Part shown: piece by piece, positions 27,904 through 40,620 of the stretch
How positions within the stretch are numbered: position 1 is the first letter of the stretch
Layout of the letters: every line of letters begins with the position of its first letter
Assembly (NCBI GenBank): GCA_951406725.2
Contig: OX597815.1
Location: 88,908,001-88,972,000 of the forward strand
DNA length: 64,000 nucleotides
From: Octopus vulgaris
Taxonomy: Eukaryota
Direction: 5' to 3'
Program-made: the position numbers and the translations under genes
The notes under the pieces: model-generated
What the model was told of the DNA's origin: nothing
The model's input: the letters and a program-made list of their open reading frames with translations, nothing else
Database searches by the model: none

Positions 27904-28125
27904 AAGGCAGCGAGCTAGCAAAATCATTAGTACGCTAGGCAAAAAGGCTTAGCGGCATTTTGTTCGTCTTTGTAATCTGAGTTCATATTCCACCGTGGTC
28001 GACTTTGCCTTTCATCCTTTCGGGGTTGACAAAATGAGTGCTAGTTAGTCAATGGGGGTCGATATAATGAACTTAGCTCCTCCCCCAAAAACAGCTGGCT
28101 TTGTGCCAAAATTGTAGCCAATATT
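27904..28125 (+). mobile_element. SINE family C monomer
   Basis: GGCAGCGAGCTAGCAAAATCATTAG head and GGTCGACTTTGCCTTTCATCCTTTCGGGG domain; more decayed copies near 16330, 16720, 38170, 41345 and 49250. Confidence 0.8.
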
Positions 28126-30103
28126 AGTTGAATATTAGCGAGGTTTAGCCTTAAATTACCGCACTCATCTACAGTCAGTTTTCTTATAATTCAACGCTAT
28201 TAATGCTCAGACAGTGTCAGTCGTTTATGGACTCATTGGCCAACTACTTGTAGACTCAGGTGTCAATACAGAATACTTTTCCAACCCATGGTACAATTTC
28301 TAGTCGTTGTTTTCCCCGAAATCCAGACATGATTGAGTACTATAATTATCATCAGCATATGTGCGTTATCATAATTTAGTGTTGTCTTCTTTTTAAGGGA
28401 ATAGGGTGTGATTTACAGAACATCTGACTAATATGTTTTCTAGGTCCAACAACCGATTAGAGATTTTTCCTTATTAGCATTAACATTAGGGGTTACGAGT
28501 TCGATCAATAAACATTTTTGTATCCGCAAAATTTTCCTGTCTTAATGATGGCATCTATGATAGCTTTGATAATCATTGTTGTTTAATCCTCAATAATTGA
28601 CAAGACCAATAATCAAACTCATTCAACCTGCGACCTTTCCCTTTCCTTTTTATATTTCATTACCCAACGAAGTTTATTCTTTCTTTTCAGACATGACAGG
28701 AACAACCGAATTATATATCAATACAAACGTCCTCGAATTTTAGTCATTGTGCCTGTAACAAATCAGATTTTTGATTGTGTTTATAAGAACATTATTATAA
28801 AATTTATAAGCATTATTATAAAATCTATTTCTTGATATATACAACCAGCTGGTATGCATCACGTATATGAAGGTTTATGCGAATGTTCTAATTTGTAGTT
28901 ATATTATTTGCAATATTCTCTATTCAAATGCCTAAATTACTTTATATTGTTTTTATCAGTTAATCATTTGAGGTGTTGCTTGGTTATAAGATTGCAAATG
29001 TGTCTGATTCAGTTTACTCCTCTGTCGACAGACGATAGACAAATTGAGAAAGAATATTTTCCAATTATAGAATTATAGATTAAAGCTATGCAAAGAAAAT
29101 GAAAATAAAAGAAATCCATCAACTATCGTTACATCGCATTACCACTGAAAGAATCAAATATAGAAAATAACTTAATTCTTATAATTATACCTTGGAAACT
29201 AGAAAATATAATTGAAGAAATACGAAACAGTTAAAAGAAGAAAAGTGTTGGAAATGAAAGATATTAAAAACAAAATCACGCAAAACAAAATAATAGACCG
29301 ATAGAAAATTGAATTCTAAAAGCAAAACTAAATCCTGAAAGTAAATAATCATTTTCTGTAACAATCACCGTATACACAAAATGTGTATTTTGGGTAAAAT
29401 ACAGCGATACAAGTCAATTAGTAATTTCGATGTTTTCTTGCCGACTAGAAAGTAAACAGAAAAGAGGCCAAAAATAATATTAATCAGTGAGAAAGAAATA
29501 AGAATATTGAAGATTTACTTCAAATAATAGAAGAATTTTCTTTGAACATCTGTGAATAAGCGTGAGAATGCAAATAAAATCTCTTGGAGAAATTTCTTCC
29601 CCAGTATAGAATGCAGCAGGTTCCAAAAGATTCAATAATTTCTGATGATTGAAAAAGTATGGTGTCAGGTGAATTTTTTGATATATGAGATAACCTTTCA
29701 GTGTGTTAAGATTTCAAGTGTCAGCAATCAATGCCAATTATATCAATAATTTCTCTGGTGTTGTTATAAATAATATAAAAGCTCTGTACTGGATTTCATT
29801 TGTCTACACACAGAAAAATTACCTTGTATTTAGCTATTAAGATATTCATTAAATTTGTCAAACCATGGCTCAATCTAGCTCTATGTTTCAAAGAATATAG
29901 CTATCCATGGATGTTCCAACATTTCCATTTCTCTACATACATACATACATACATACATACATACATACATACATACATACATACATACATACATACATAC
30001 ATACATGCATGCATACATACATACATACATACATACATACATACATACATACATACATACATACATACATACATACATACATACATAAATACATACATAC
30101 ATA

Positions 30104-30495
30104 CACTCTATCCAGATTACAAGTTCAGGTCCATAGCTGTAATTATTAGGGCATTGGAATATGTAACACACTGCCTAAATACTTATCCTGAGAAATTAGG
30201 CTTCTGAAAGCAAAAAAGGAGAACGCTGATTAGAAGACTACAGCTCCAAGCCATCACTGGAACTGTAAAACCTGTAAAGTTTATCATTTAAGTATATATG
30301 AGCATGTCTAGATATGCAATTATATGCATGAGAATACATACATAAAACAAAACATACGAATTTACTCATATAATATACATAGATGCAAAAATAGCTTGTT
30401 GATGTTGAAATTCTAATGAAGGAGCCTTGGATCTAGGTTAGAAACCGGCTCTTTCTCTATTGGCAAGAAATTTTGAAATAAAAATGAATAATGAC
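30104..30495 (+). mobile_element. Short 3' fragment of the same RLE LINE family as 22010-23545
   Basis: LYPDYKFRSIAVIIRALEYVTHCLNT matches the first copy; shared 3' UTR GTTAGAAACCGGCTC; preceded by (TACA)n at 29934-30103. Confidence 0.9.
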
Positions 30496-31231
30496 ATATA
30501 TTCATACATGCGTAAATAAATACATACATAAGTACGTACTTACGTACAAATATACGTAAAAACACAAACACAGACACATATATACACACACACATATATG
30601 TAGTTATATACATATAGACGTATATATGTGAATGCATGTATATAGTCAGATTAAATATACATATTCTCACATGTACTGATTTCGTCTCATGCGAGATAAA
30701 TTAGTAGGACAGGTAAGCATATGACATATGCGTAATCTATATGGAGAGAAAACGTTAAACTAATAAGAAACCTTAAGAGTAAGATAAACGCTGATTAACA
30801 AGATATCTATTATCGATTTCTTGACTCTAATATACACGTTATTTTACAAATATTTATGGAAAATAACCGTCATGAGATTGAATCAGCCTAGAGGCAAAAC
30901 CATAAATATTGTAAGAAAATTCTTGGTTTTGTTGAACATATGTACATGCCTGATTGTAAATTTACGACTTAAAGGTTTCGTTCACGAAATGCAAAACTGT
31001 CACCAAAGGTACTTGGATTTAGGATGTTGAATGTAACTCCAGGAAACTGCTTGGAATTTAGTTCCGGACTCTAACGCTTCTGCTTCTCCTTATGCATACC
31101 ATATATCACTTTCGAATATATATTATAGAAATATCATTCGAATATAAGATCTTCAGCAGAATCGTGATGGTTTCAAAAGAACTCATAAGGAAATATTACA
31201 CACAACACTCTAGTACCTCACGCACGTGTAT

Positions 31232-31287
<56 letters not shown>

Positions 31288-31334
31288 ACGCGCACATGCA
31301 CAGACAACCGCATACGCAATTTTGCTAGTTTCTT

Positions 31335-32330
31335 CTATCCATTGTGGGACATGGAGCTAAGAGTTGTCTCCCTGTGGTTTTATCACTTACTGCAGTTTTT
31401 GCACCACTCTAGATGACTCTTTCTTCCTGTAAATCTTCTAAGAATATATATTCTGACAGACATATAATATGTCCTGCAAATCTTCCGTTCTTGGCGATGT
31501 CTCGTAGTTTTTTCAGTTCCGCTTCTTCATAACGTAGTGAATTTTTCGCTCTTCGAAGACTATAGTATGGTTGTGATGCATCACAGATAAAAGACATCTA
31601 CATTGCTGTATAAGCTTGTCGTATTTCTCATCGCCTCATATACATACTTCGCTAATGAACTTACGACGGACATGTAGAAATGCATCTTACAGTATTGCTG
31701 AGGATCTGCTTGTGCCAAGAAAGATTAAGTCACTGAAAAACTGTCACAGTCTGCCAAGCTTTATTTACATTCATCTCCACACCTCATCATTACAAATGAT
31801 ACTTTTAAGATATATGAAGTGGATGACACATTCATGGCTACGGTGGCCGATTGTAACTGGAGAATCCAGAGTATTTCCATCAGAATCAGATATGCTCTTG
31901 GTCTTCTCGCAGCTAATGCACTTTTCAACTTTGTTTCTTTCACGATGTTCGTCATGTATTGTATGTTTTCCGGGCTATGGCCTACGCCGGGAATGTCGTC
32001 AGCGAAGTCAAGTTTGCTTATCTGATCACAAAGCGTACATCATTTATTGTCTTCTTCAGAATCAAATCGATTATAACGAAATATATGAACGAAGAAATAA
32101 TACAACCCTGACAAACAAACATTAAACACTTCTATAGTGTCGTCTTTGATCCTAACTCAAAATCTAGGATACTGCTTGACAGACTTCACGTATTTGTATT
32201 TCTCAGAAATACAAGTGTGTCATGCTGTTTCCAACGATGTCACGCAGTGGTTACCACCAATAGCTTTCCTAAAGTTAAGAAAATCTAGAACTCCCGGCAT
32301 TGTTCGATAAGGTTTCTTAGTATTATCTAT
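31335..32330 (-). mobile_element. Decayed RTE/RTE-X-like LINE RT and 3' part
   Basis: Minus strand ISKLDFADDI near 32020-31990 and RFAGHI in the C-terminal part; many stops. Confidence 0.65.
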
Positions 32331-32440
32331 TCGGTGCAAGACTTTCCTGTTTCGCTTAGACGGAATTTATACAACACCACACGCACATGCTCGCACACAC
32401 AGACACATATACAGACACACGCACTCATATGTGCATCTAC

Positions 32441-32518
<78 letters not shown>

Positions 32519-32694
32519 ATATATGTATATACATACACATGCGTGGCTATGTGGTTAGAAGCTTGCTTCCCAACCACATAACTTCGAGTTCAAAGCCACG
32601 CAGTTGCACCTTGGGCATGTGTCTTCTACTATAACTTCGAGCCGACCAAGGCCTTGTGAGTGGATTTGATAAATAGAAACTGAAAGAAACCTGT

Positions 32695-32756
<62 letters not shown>

Positions 32757-32762
32757 AAAATA

Positions 32763-33502
32763 AAAGCAAAGCTAGAAATCCAGGATCTTAAATTATTCAG
32801 TAATATCTTTTTGCTAGTCTATTTTGTCCCTCTGTCTTATCTCATGGTGCGATATGAACATTTAAGGTGGTTTTTAGAGTCAGGGATTTGACTGCTATTT
32901 CGGCATGGTGGCGTCTCTCAGGCACCCTTATTTTTAGTTGTAAAAAATTATTGCCTTTGTATGGTATTTTTCCCCATGCTGGCCACTTGATAATATCGAT
33001 ATTTAAATATCGATATTATCCTTATTTATAAATTTATATAATTCGTCACTATGTTCACTGCGGTATTTATTTTGACCATATCGTGCTTACGAGGTGTTTG
33101 GCGGGCAATTTAAACTGGCCTTGTACATACGTGCATATATATGTATGTATGGACGTTCGTATATGTAAGTATAACGTTCATTCTGCATATATATATTTGT
33201 ATTTATGTGCTCTGATATATTCAACTGATGACGGCAAAGCTTATTTAAAGCAAAGCTAGAAATCCAGGATCTTGAATTATCCAGTAATATCTTTTTGCTA
33301 GTCTATTTTGTCCCTCTGTCTTATCTCATGGTGCGATATGAACATTTAAGGTTGTTTTTAGAGTCAGGGATTTGACTGCTATTTCGGCATGGTGGTGTCT
33401 CTCAGACACCCTTATTTTTAGTTGTAAAAATTATTACCTTTGTATGGTATTTTTTCCCATGCTGGTCACTTGATATTATCGATATTATCCTTATTTATAA
33501 AT
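32763..33502 (+). mobile_element. Retrozyme-like or Penelope pseudo-LTR tandem element (family H3), about 1.5 copies of a 484-nt unit
   Basis: 32763-33033 repeats at 33248-33502; flanked by (TA)n; hammerhead at the unit junction. Confidence 0.75.
33219..33277 (+). ncRNA. Type I hammerhead ribozyme motif, intact core
   Basis: Stem I ATTCAA/TTGAAT; CTGATGA(33225-33231); stem II GGC/GCT plus GCTT/AAGC closed by C.A; GAAA(33259-33262); stem III ATCC/GGAT; ATC triplet with cut after 33271. Confidence 0.8.
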
Positions 33503-33729
33503 ATATATATATATTTGTGCATATGTGTGTGTTGTGGTTGCCACCCACCATCACTTAACAACCGATGTTGGTGTGTAACTTAGCGGTTCAGTAAAAGAGA
33601 CCGATAGAATAAGTACTAGGCTTGCTAAAGATATGTCCTGGAATCGATTTGCTCGGCGAAAGGTGGTGCTCCAGCATGACCACAGTCAAATGACTGAAAC
33701 ACGTAAAAGAATAAAAGATATACATACAT

Positions 33730-33880
33730 AGGCACAGGTGTGGGTGTGTGGCAAGAAGTCTGCTCTCCTATTACATGTGTCCGGGTTCAGTATCACTGCG
33801 TTGCCCTATTATACCCTCGGTTCGACCAAAGCCTTGTGAGAGGTTTTAGTAGACGGAAACTAAAAAAAAGCCGGCCGTTC
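33730..33880 (+). mobile_element. SINE family A 5' half, continuing at ~34470-34520 after a MITE insertion
   Basis: CCGGGTTCAG..., CGACCAAAGCCTTGTGAG, AGACGGAAACT. Confidence 0.7.
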
Positions 33881-33884
33881 CTAT

Positions 33885-34426
33885 ACGCAGGATATCCCAG
33901 AATTAGCTATCTATTTCAGTGAAAGAAGACATTTAAAAAGAAACTCATTATTTTTGTTTATCATGTGTTAATATGTGTTAAAAGTGTATAAAGTTTTATT
34001 TTGTTTATAATTTTATAGTTTTTATAATTTCTAAAAATAATTTTATTTTCATTTCTGTTCCATCCTGCATATCTATCCACAACAGCTATTTTTTGTTTTA
34101 AAAGTTGGCTGCAATCATTTTCTCTATCTCCATCACCAGGACGGAGCAATAGTTTAGCTGAACTTAGATTTATCTTTTGCACTGCTTAGCAGTGCAAGAG
34201 ATAAATCTTGAAATTCTTCAAATGTCTTTTGCAATGCTAAGGATAGATTTGAAACCTAGCAGGGATACAAACCGAGCAATTATTGAAAATTTTCAATTAA
34301 GTTTTTACGTAGGATTTATAAATTCATTTGTTTTGCTATCATAATTGAGTAATAAACATAAAATTCAGTCAGTTCTCTAAACTTAGCCCGATTTCATTGA
34401 AATAGTTAATTATGTGACACTCTGTA
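33885..34426. mobile_element. Tc1/mariner-type non-autonomous element (MITE-like)
   Basis: Imperfect TIRs: CAGGATATCCCAGAATTAGCTATCTATTTCAGTGAAA versus the reverse complement of the right end, CAGAGTGTCACATAATTAACTATTTCAATGAAA. Confidence 0.55.
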
Positions 34427-34559
34427 TGTGTGTGTGCGTGTGTGCGCGCGCGTGTGTGTATGTGTTCGTGTTTGTCTCCCACCAGTCTGTGTTGGTTTGT
34501 TTACATCTCCGTAACTTAGTGCGCCACGATATTCAAAGTGAGGTGAAGTGAAGAGGGTG

Positions 34560-35330
34560 ATGAGAACAATAATGGTAGGAACGTCTCTTGCCAGGAAAGT
34601 CCTGGGGTTCCAGGAGCACGCCCAGTGCGGCATATAAGCTGTGTTGTTTATGAGGTCAATCCGTCTCAAGTTGTCGTCACTAGATAATCCTAGCGGTGTT
34701 TGATGCTACGAAGTTTTCGCCAGAGGGAAGAATGTATGTTAGCTTCAATGCAGTCTTCTTCCTGAGGTGGAGTGAATAAATTCATATTTATTCTTGTTTA
34801 GCTCTATCATGTGTATTTCTGTTAATTGGATAAGAGCGGTTAGATCTGGTTGGCGATTTGTCCGGCCTTCTACTCTGTTGATAACCTTCAAAGCTTATAT
34901 TCATCTACGAGAATTCTAATGATGCTGTATTTGAAGACGTTAATGATGTCTTTAATGAAATACACTCCAATGTTGGATAGTTTTTTAACAGTATGCTTTG
35001 ATCAACCATGTCGAGAGCTTGGCTGAAGTAAAGGTATAACATCAGCATTGGAACTCTTTTCAAAATCACGTAAAAGTCGTGTTAGGCAATCCCTGACATT
35101 GCCGAAATCATGCTAGTTGGGAAGTCAGTTACTCGAGATCTTACTACCCTAGCAAATAATTTGATGATAAGACAGAAAAGTGAGATCCGTTGGTTATTCA
35201 CTGTCAACAATTTGTTGCCCTGTTTGAAAACTGGGACAATCGCCTAAGGTGGAAAATCATCAGGAATATAGCCAACATGGCGTGAGTATTGGTAAGTTAT
35301 ATAGTATATAATCAACAATTGCCCACTAGA
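34560..35330 (-). mobile_element. Decayed CR1/L2-type LINE RT fragment
   Basis: Minus strand AIVPVFKQG, frameshifted DVI...FSQALDMVD, and SIIRILVDEYK (degenerate FADD). Confidence 0.6.
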
Positions 35331-35520
35331 AATATTGACCTCCATTATGAATGCTATTAGTGAATAAAGAATTGCATAATGTAGATATAAAGTGATACGA
35401 ATTTTAACCGGAGAGCATGAAACTGCCTAAGTCTTTTTCAAATAGACGTCAATAAACGGAACATGAAGAATGAGTGAAGCCTTCTCGACATATGTTTCCA
35501 TATATAAAGAATATATAGAG

Positions 35521-35928
35521 TATACTCTTACTCTTTTACTCTTTTACTTGTTTCAGTCATTTGACTGCGGCCATGCTGGAGCACCGCCTTTAGTCGAGAA
35601 AATCGACCCCGGGACTTATTCTTTGTAAGCCCAGTACTTATTTTATCAGTCTCTTTTTTGCCGAACCGCTAAGTAACGGAGACGTAAACACACCAGCATT
35701 GGTTGTCAAGCAATGCTAGGGGGACAAACACAGACACACAAACACACACATACATATACATATATACGACAGGCTTCTTTCAGTTTCCGTCTACCAAATC
35801 CACTCACAAGGCTTTGGTCGGCCCGAGGCTATAGTAGAACACACTTGCCCAAGGTGCCACGCAGTGGGACTGAACCCGGAACCATGCGGTTGGTAAACAA
35901 GCTACTTACCACACAGCCACTCCTGCGC
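35521..35928 (-). mobile_element. SINE family A, full length, young
   Basis: Close reverse complement of 174-565. Confidence 0.9.
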
Positions 35929-36560
35929 TATGTGGAACAAAAATTTCTAGTAATGCCATTTATCGATGACGGTGCTGCTTACAATCAATATCGAACAGCA
36001 TGCCAATAATGTATAGATGGTGATAACGACCAATTCTGGCATGTGCAGAGCACCCTCTCAAGTACGATCTTGCAAAGTGTCCCTACAATTTGCGGTAGTC
36101 CTACCCTTACCGAATTCGGTAACTGAGACACTTTCAAAGAATGTAAAATATGAACGCAGTAACGATAGATGCAACGCACTGGATAAAAATATAAAATATG
36201 AACGCAGTAACAACAGATGCAACATACTGGAGGAAAAAATAAAGAAACGGATATAAACACTATAACATAGAAAAAAGTAAAACAGACAACAACAAAAGAG
36301 AAAAAAATACAAATTGCAAATTAATGGAGTTTTCATTATTTTGAAGAGTGAAAGAAAACAATACAGCCTCTTGTGTAACTAGCTGCTGAATATATGTCTT
36401 GTTATAAATTTGCATATGGAAATTAGATTCTTTTTTAAGTGAATCAAAAGCAATACTTCCCACCCCTACACAAACATAAAAAGTTAGTGACTTTTTTAGT
36501 ATCTGTGAAATAAATAATAATTTTTAACTTTACTTTCACTGTAATATTTTTGTTCAAGTT

Positions 36561-36788
<228 letters not shown>

Positions 36789-36936
36789 CATAAACATGTG
36801 TGTTTGATATTTTTTACACGTATTTGCGCGTACGTGTGTCTATGTTTTCAATAATTTCACTGATATCTATTTATCGATACAGATATATACATACATGTAC
36901 ACGTACACTCCTACGCATATATATATATACACTTAA

Positions 36937-36981
<45 letters not shown>

Positions 36982-37174
36982 TAGATACAAGTCTATGTGT
37001 GCTTGTGTATATGTGTTTTAGGAGTGTATGCATACTATATTTATATCGAAGTTTTAGATGTAAGTAATGTAGAGATAGACATGTATGTTCTGACTCCATT
37101 TATTTCTCATTTGAATGTCATCGCTTTTCATTGGGAGGTATTTGATGTCATGTATTGATGTGTGTGTGTGTGTA

Positions 37175-37205
<31 letters not shown>

Positions 37206-37802
37206 TTGTGCGTGCGTGTGTGAGTGTGTGTCTATATGTGTGCGTCTATACGTTTATATTGACGTTTTATGCATGTGCAGTTTATATAAGCATGGATTTA
37301 TATAACTATCAATTTTAAATTAAATTAAATAAAAATTTGTATTTTTATTGTCTACGTTGTGTCCATATGAATATATTTTTATGCCACGTATATGAGTGTG
37401 TATGTATGATTTTGTGTATTTTTTACGCTTCGAGTGAAAACTTTGGGTGCACATAGAGTCTGGTTTGCGAATATATTTCCACCATGTATCTGTATTGCAA
37501 GGGAGGAAAATGAGTAGACGGGGAGATTGAGCTGTATTTTGTATATGTTTAATGACTCTGGAACATTTTCTTGAATATATAATTATGTTGTGTGATGTTC
37601 ATGCTTGTATGTAATTGTATTGTTACTATGCCTATGTATTTTTGAGCATCTAGGAGAAAAATAAGCGATAAGAGAAAAGAGAAAGAATAAATGACAACCG
37701 TAGAGATGGAGAAAAAGAGATAGAACAAGCGAGGAGAGTAAGAGAGGAGAAAAAAGAGAGAAAGAAGGAGAGAAAGAGAGAAAGAGAAAGAGAGAAAGAG
37801 AA

Positions 37803-37846
<44 letters not shown>

Positions 37847-38561
37847 AGAGAGGGAAAGTGAGGGAGTGAACACATTGGTTTATGCTTGCTTCCGAGTCTA
37901 AAAATACTTGTAAACATGGAATTTTCATCAAAATGTCATACATTTTATTACTTGATATGCAGACAAATAGAAAAAGAAGAATGAAATATTTCAAAAGACA
38001 TTAGAAAGAAAACAATAATATACCAGAATTCAAATAATGAAATAATAAAATAGATTATAAGACTGAAACTTAGATCGACTGAATGAAGATAAAATGAAAA
38101 TAAAATTAAGGTACGATAATGTGAAGAATGCAAAAGGTACAAGCACACATAGTTTAGGATATTACTGTAGTTGATTTAATTCAGCCCCATACATGACCGT
38201 TAGTCATTTTAACAATCCTAGAATGCTTAAAAGACATTGTATGGCTACGTGAAATTTGAACAGAAATTGGAAAGGGCGTAACTAAAAAGCGCACGGCATT
38301 TTAGATATCGTTATACAGATTTTCCATTCTCCAACCTTCTTCTCATAGGATATTAGTCGTTGCAAACTGTGTCAGAAACGAATACAACTAATAACATCAT
38401 TAAAAACAATAATAACTAGGTAATATAACTATGAACAGCATCAGCGATATGGAAACAGAACTGATATCTACTTCCGATCTGGTAGAAATGACGGCTAAAC
38501 GTCCGGCAACTCACACACAGATGTTTAAATACAGTATGACTACTAATAATCTAATCCACTG

Positions 38562-38880
<319 letters not shown>

Positions 38881-38889
38881 TATATATAT

Positions 38890-39510
38890 ACTAGGTACGC
38901 TAGGTAAGTGCTGTAGCGGCTACCCCAAACACAATTCTTAGATACCATACACATATAGACATTACCTTATCATATAGCCAATTGTTAAAAGCCCCCCTAT
39001 CCCACCCTATCCACCCCACTTTCTACTTCTTTTCTTTTCTTTACTTTTACCAATAAACAGCTACATCTGCTACCATTCTGATATTGAACGCTGATATGTT
39101 CGCGTCTTTTTCTTGGGATGTCTACTATATAAGGACTTTAACCCACATGGAAATACGCAGGATTGCGCCTAACGATTTACAGTCATGGATCTACGCAGGA
39201 TTGCACCTAAAGACTCATGCTTTGGTTTCTTCGGAAAGTTGAACTATGAACTTTTATGCCTCTTTTTTTCTTCTCTCTTTCCATCTCCCAATTCTTTTAC
39301 TCCATTCCCCTATGTTACCATCTTATTGATATAGGCCATCGTCATTTTCCATATTCCCCCCCCCCAAATTTGTCTCTCATGACGGAATATCCTATCCTCG
39401 AGGATGTCCCAGAAATAGCTGCAAGATTTTTAATTTCTTCCTGTGATAATATTGTATATGACTTGAGATGCTTGCCTTGCCTTAATGTTTGACGTCCTGT
39501 TTAACAATTA
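38890..39510 (+). mobile_element. Penelope-type terminal fragment with a degenerate hammerhead (39372-39427)
   Basis: GTCT-CTCATGA-C-GGAATATCCT/AGGATGTCCC-A-GAAA-TAGCTG-CA-AGAT; ends in GACGTCCTGT like the 54130-54645 element. Confidence 0.5.
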
Positions 39511-39529
39511 CACACACACACACACACAC

Positions 39530-39559
<30 letters not shown>

Positions 39560-39565
<6 letters not shown>

Positions 39566-40620
39566 GTGGTAGTAATAGTGTTGCTAATGATTGTACTGGT
39601 GCCTTGCTTGACGCCAGCACAATCATTTTGTGTTAGTTTAGGACAATAGCCAAGTTGTGCATGCTTATGTGTGTCTGTACTTTACTCTTGGTTCTTCTAG
39701 GAAGCTTCATACGTTTGTGGTTACCGTTGTTAATTCTGTTACCGCTGTTGTAGCCATTGTAGGAATTTTTGATGCTTTTAGTATTTTGCTGTTGCTACAG
39801 TTGGTGTGGAGCTTGTATTGTTAATGTTTTTGTAACTTGATTATAGGGTTGAGTGCAATTTGGATATTCATCTTTTGTCGTTCACCGCAGTCAAAATAAT
39901 GACAGTAGGTATTTAGTATACTACACACGTAAGACATGAATCGTCTCCTTTCACTATCAACAAGAACTGGGTACCATTGTGCAGCTCAGTAAGATCCAGG
40001 ATTTATGTCCGGAGCGTACTAAGGCCTGGAACAAAATTCCAATCCTTGCAATATTTTCGTTTACTTTCTATCACAAGTCACGAGATGGCTTTTTTTTCTC
40101 TCGCAGCATTTCACCAGCTTCGCCTTCACTTTAATCCTTCTTAATAGTCACCAGAGAAATAGAATAGCTTTTAGTGTTACACTCACAGAGTAATTTGACC
40201 TGGATTCTCCCCTTTCGGCAGGCACAATGGACGAAATCAGTCAGTTACTAGATGTTACCAGATGACCCAGACACTTCTTCATTCTGCATGTCACTCTGTA
40301 TAATTAAGTCACTGTGCACCTCTTGCCTCTACCCTAGTAATACTCTTAGTAGCAAGCTTCTTGTCCTCTTTTCTGTTGAGAATGTATCCTCTCCGAAATG
40401 TTGTGCTCAATTTTTGTCTGTTGTTCAGGCTAATTTAACGAAAGAATTCGCCATTGCTGATATTTTGCTATAAATGATGGTTGTAGAGGTAATGACGTCG
40501 GGCGAATTAAATTTTGTAGTATTAACAAGTATTGCTTTTGGCGATGGAGGTAGATATTTTACTGGTGATGTCACAAAAGCATTAGCGTCCGTTACATTTC
40601 CTCCAACCTCGTTGGTCATA
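39560..40620 (-). pseudogene. Ancient coding-like remnant, possibly LINE ORF1/gag-like
   Basis: Protein-like 64-aa ORF at 40425-40619 continues through scattered stops in balanced-composition sequence; no diagnostic motif. Confidence 0.25.

Larger units (their letters stand above)
32540..33720 (+). mobile_element. SINE family A copy split at its internal microsatellite by the H3 tandem element
   Basis: 5' half at 32540-32697, 3' half at 33525-33720. Confidence 0.75.

Noticed and set aside
29040-29280. A-rich stretch faintly resembling an RLE endonuclease C-terminus
   Set aside because: Too degenerate to support a call
30410-30455. Hammerhead-like string in the RLE LINE 3' UTR (CTAATGA...GAAACCGGCTC; also ~23460)
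   Set aside because: The core is non-canonical in both copies, and stems I and III do not pair around an NUH site
35478-35505. Hammerhead 3' halves (GAAACATATGTC on - here; similar at ~8395-8425)
   Set aside because: No CUGAnGA half is present, so they cannot be called ribozymes
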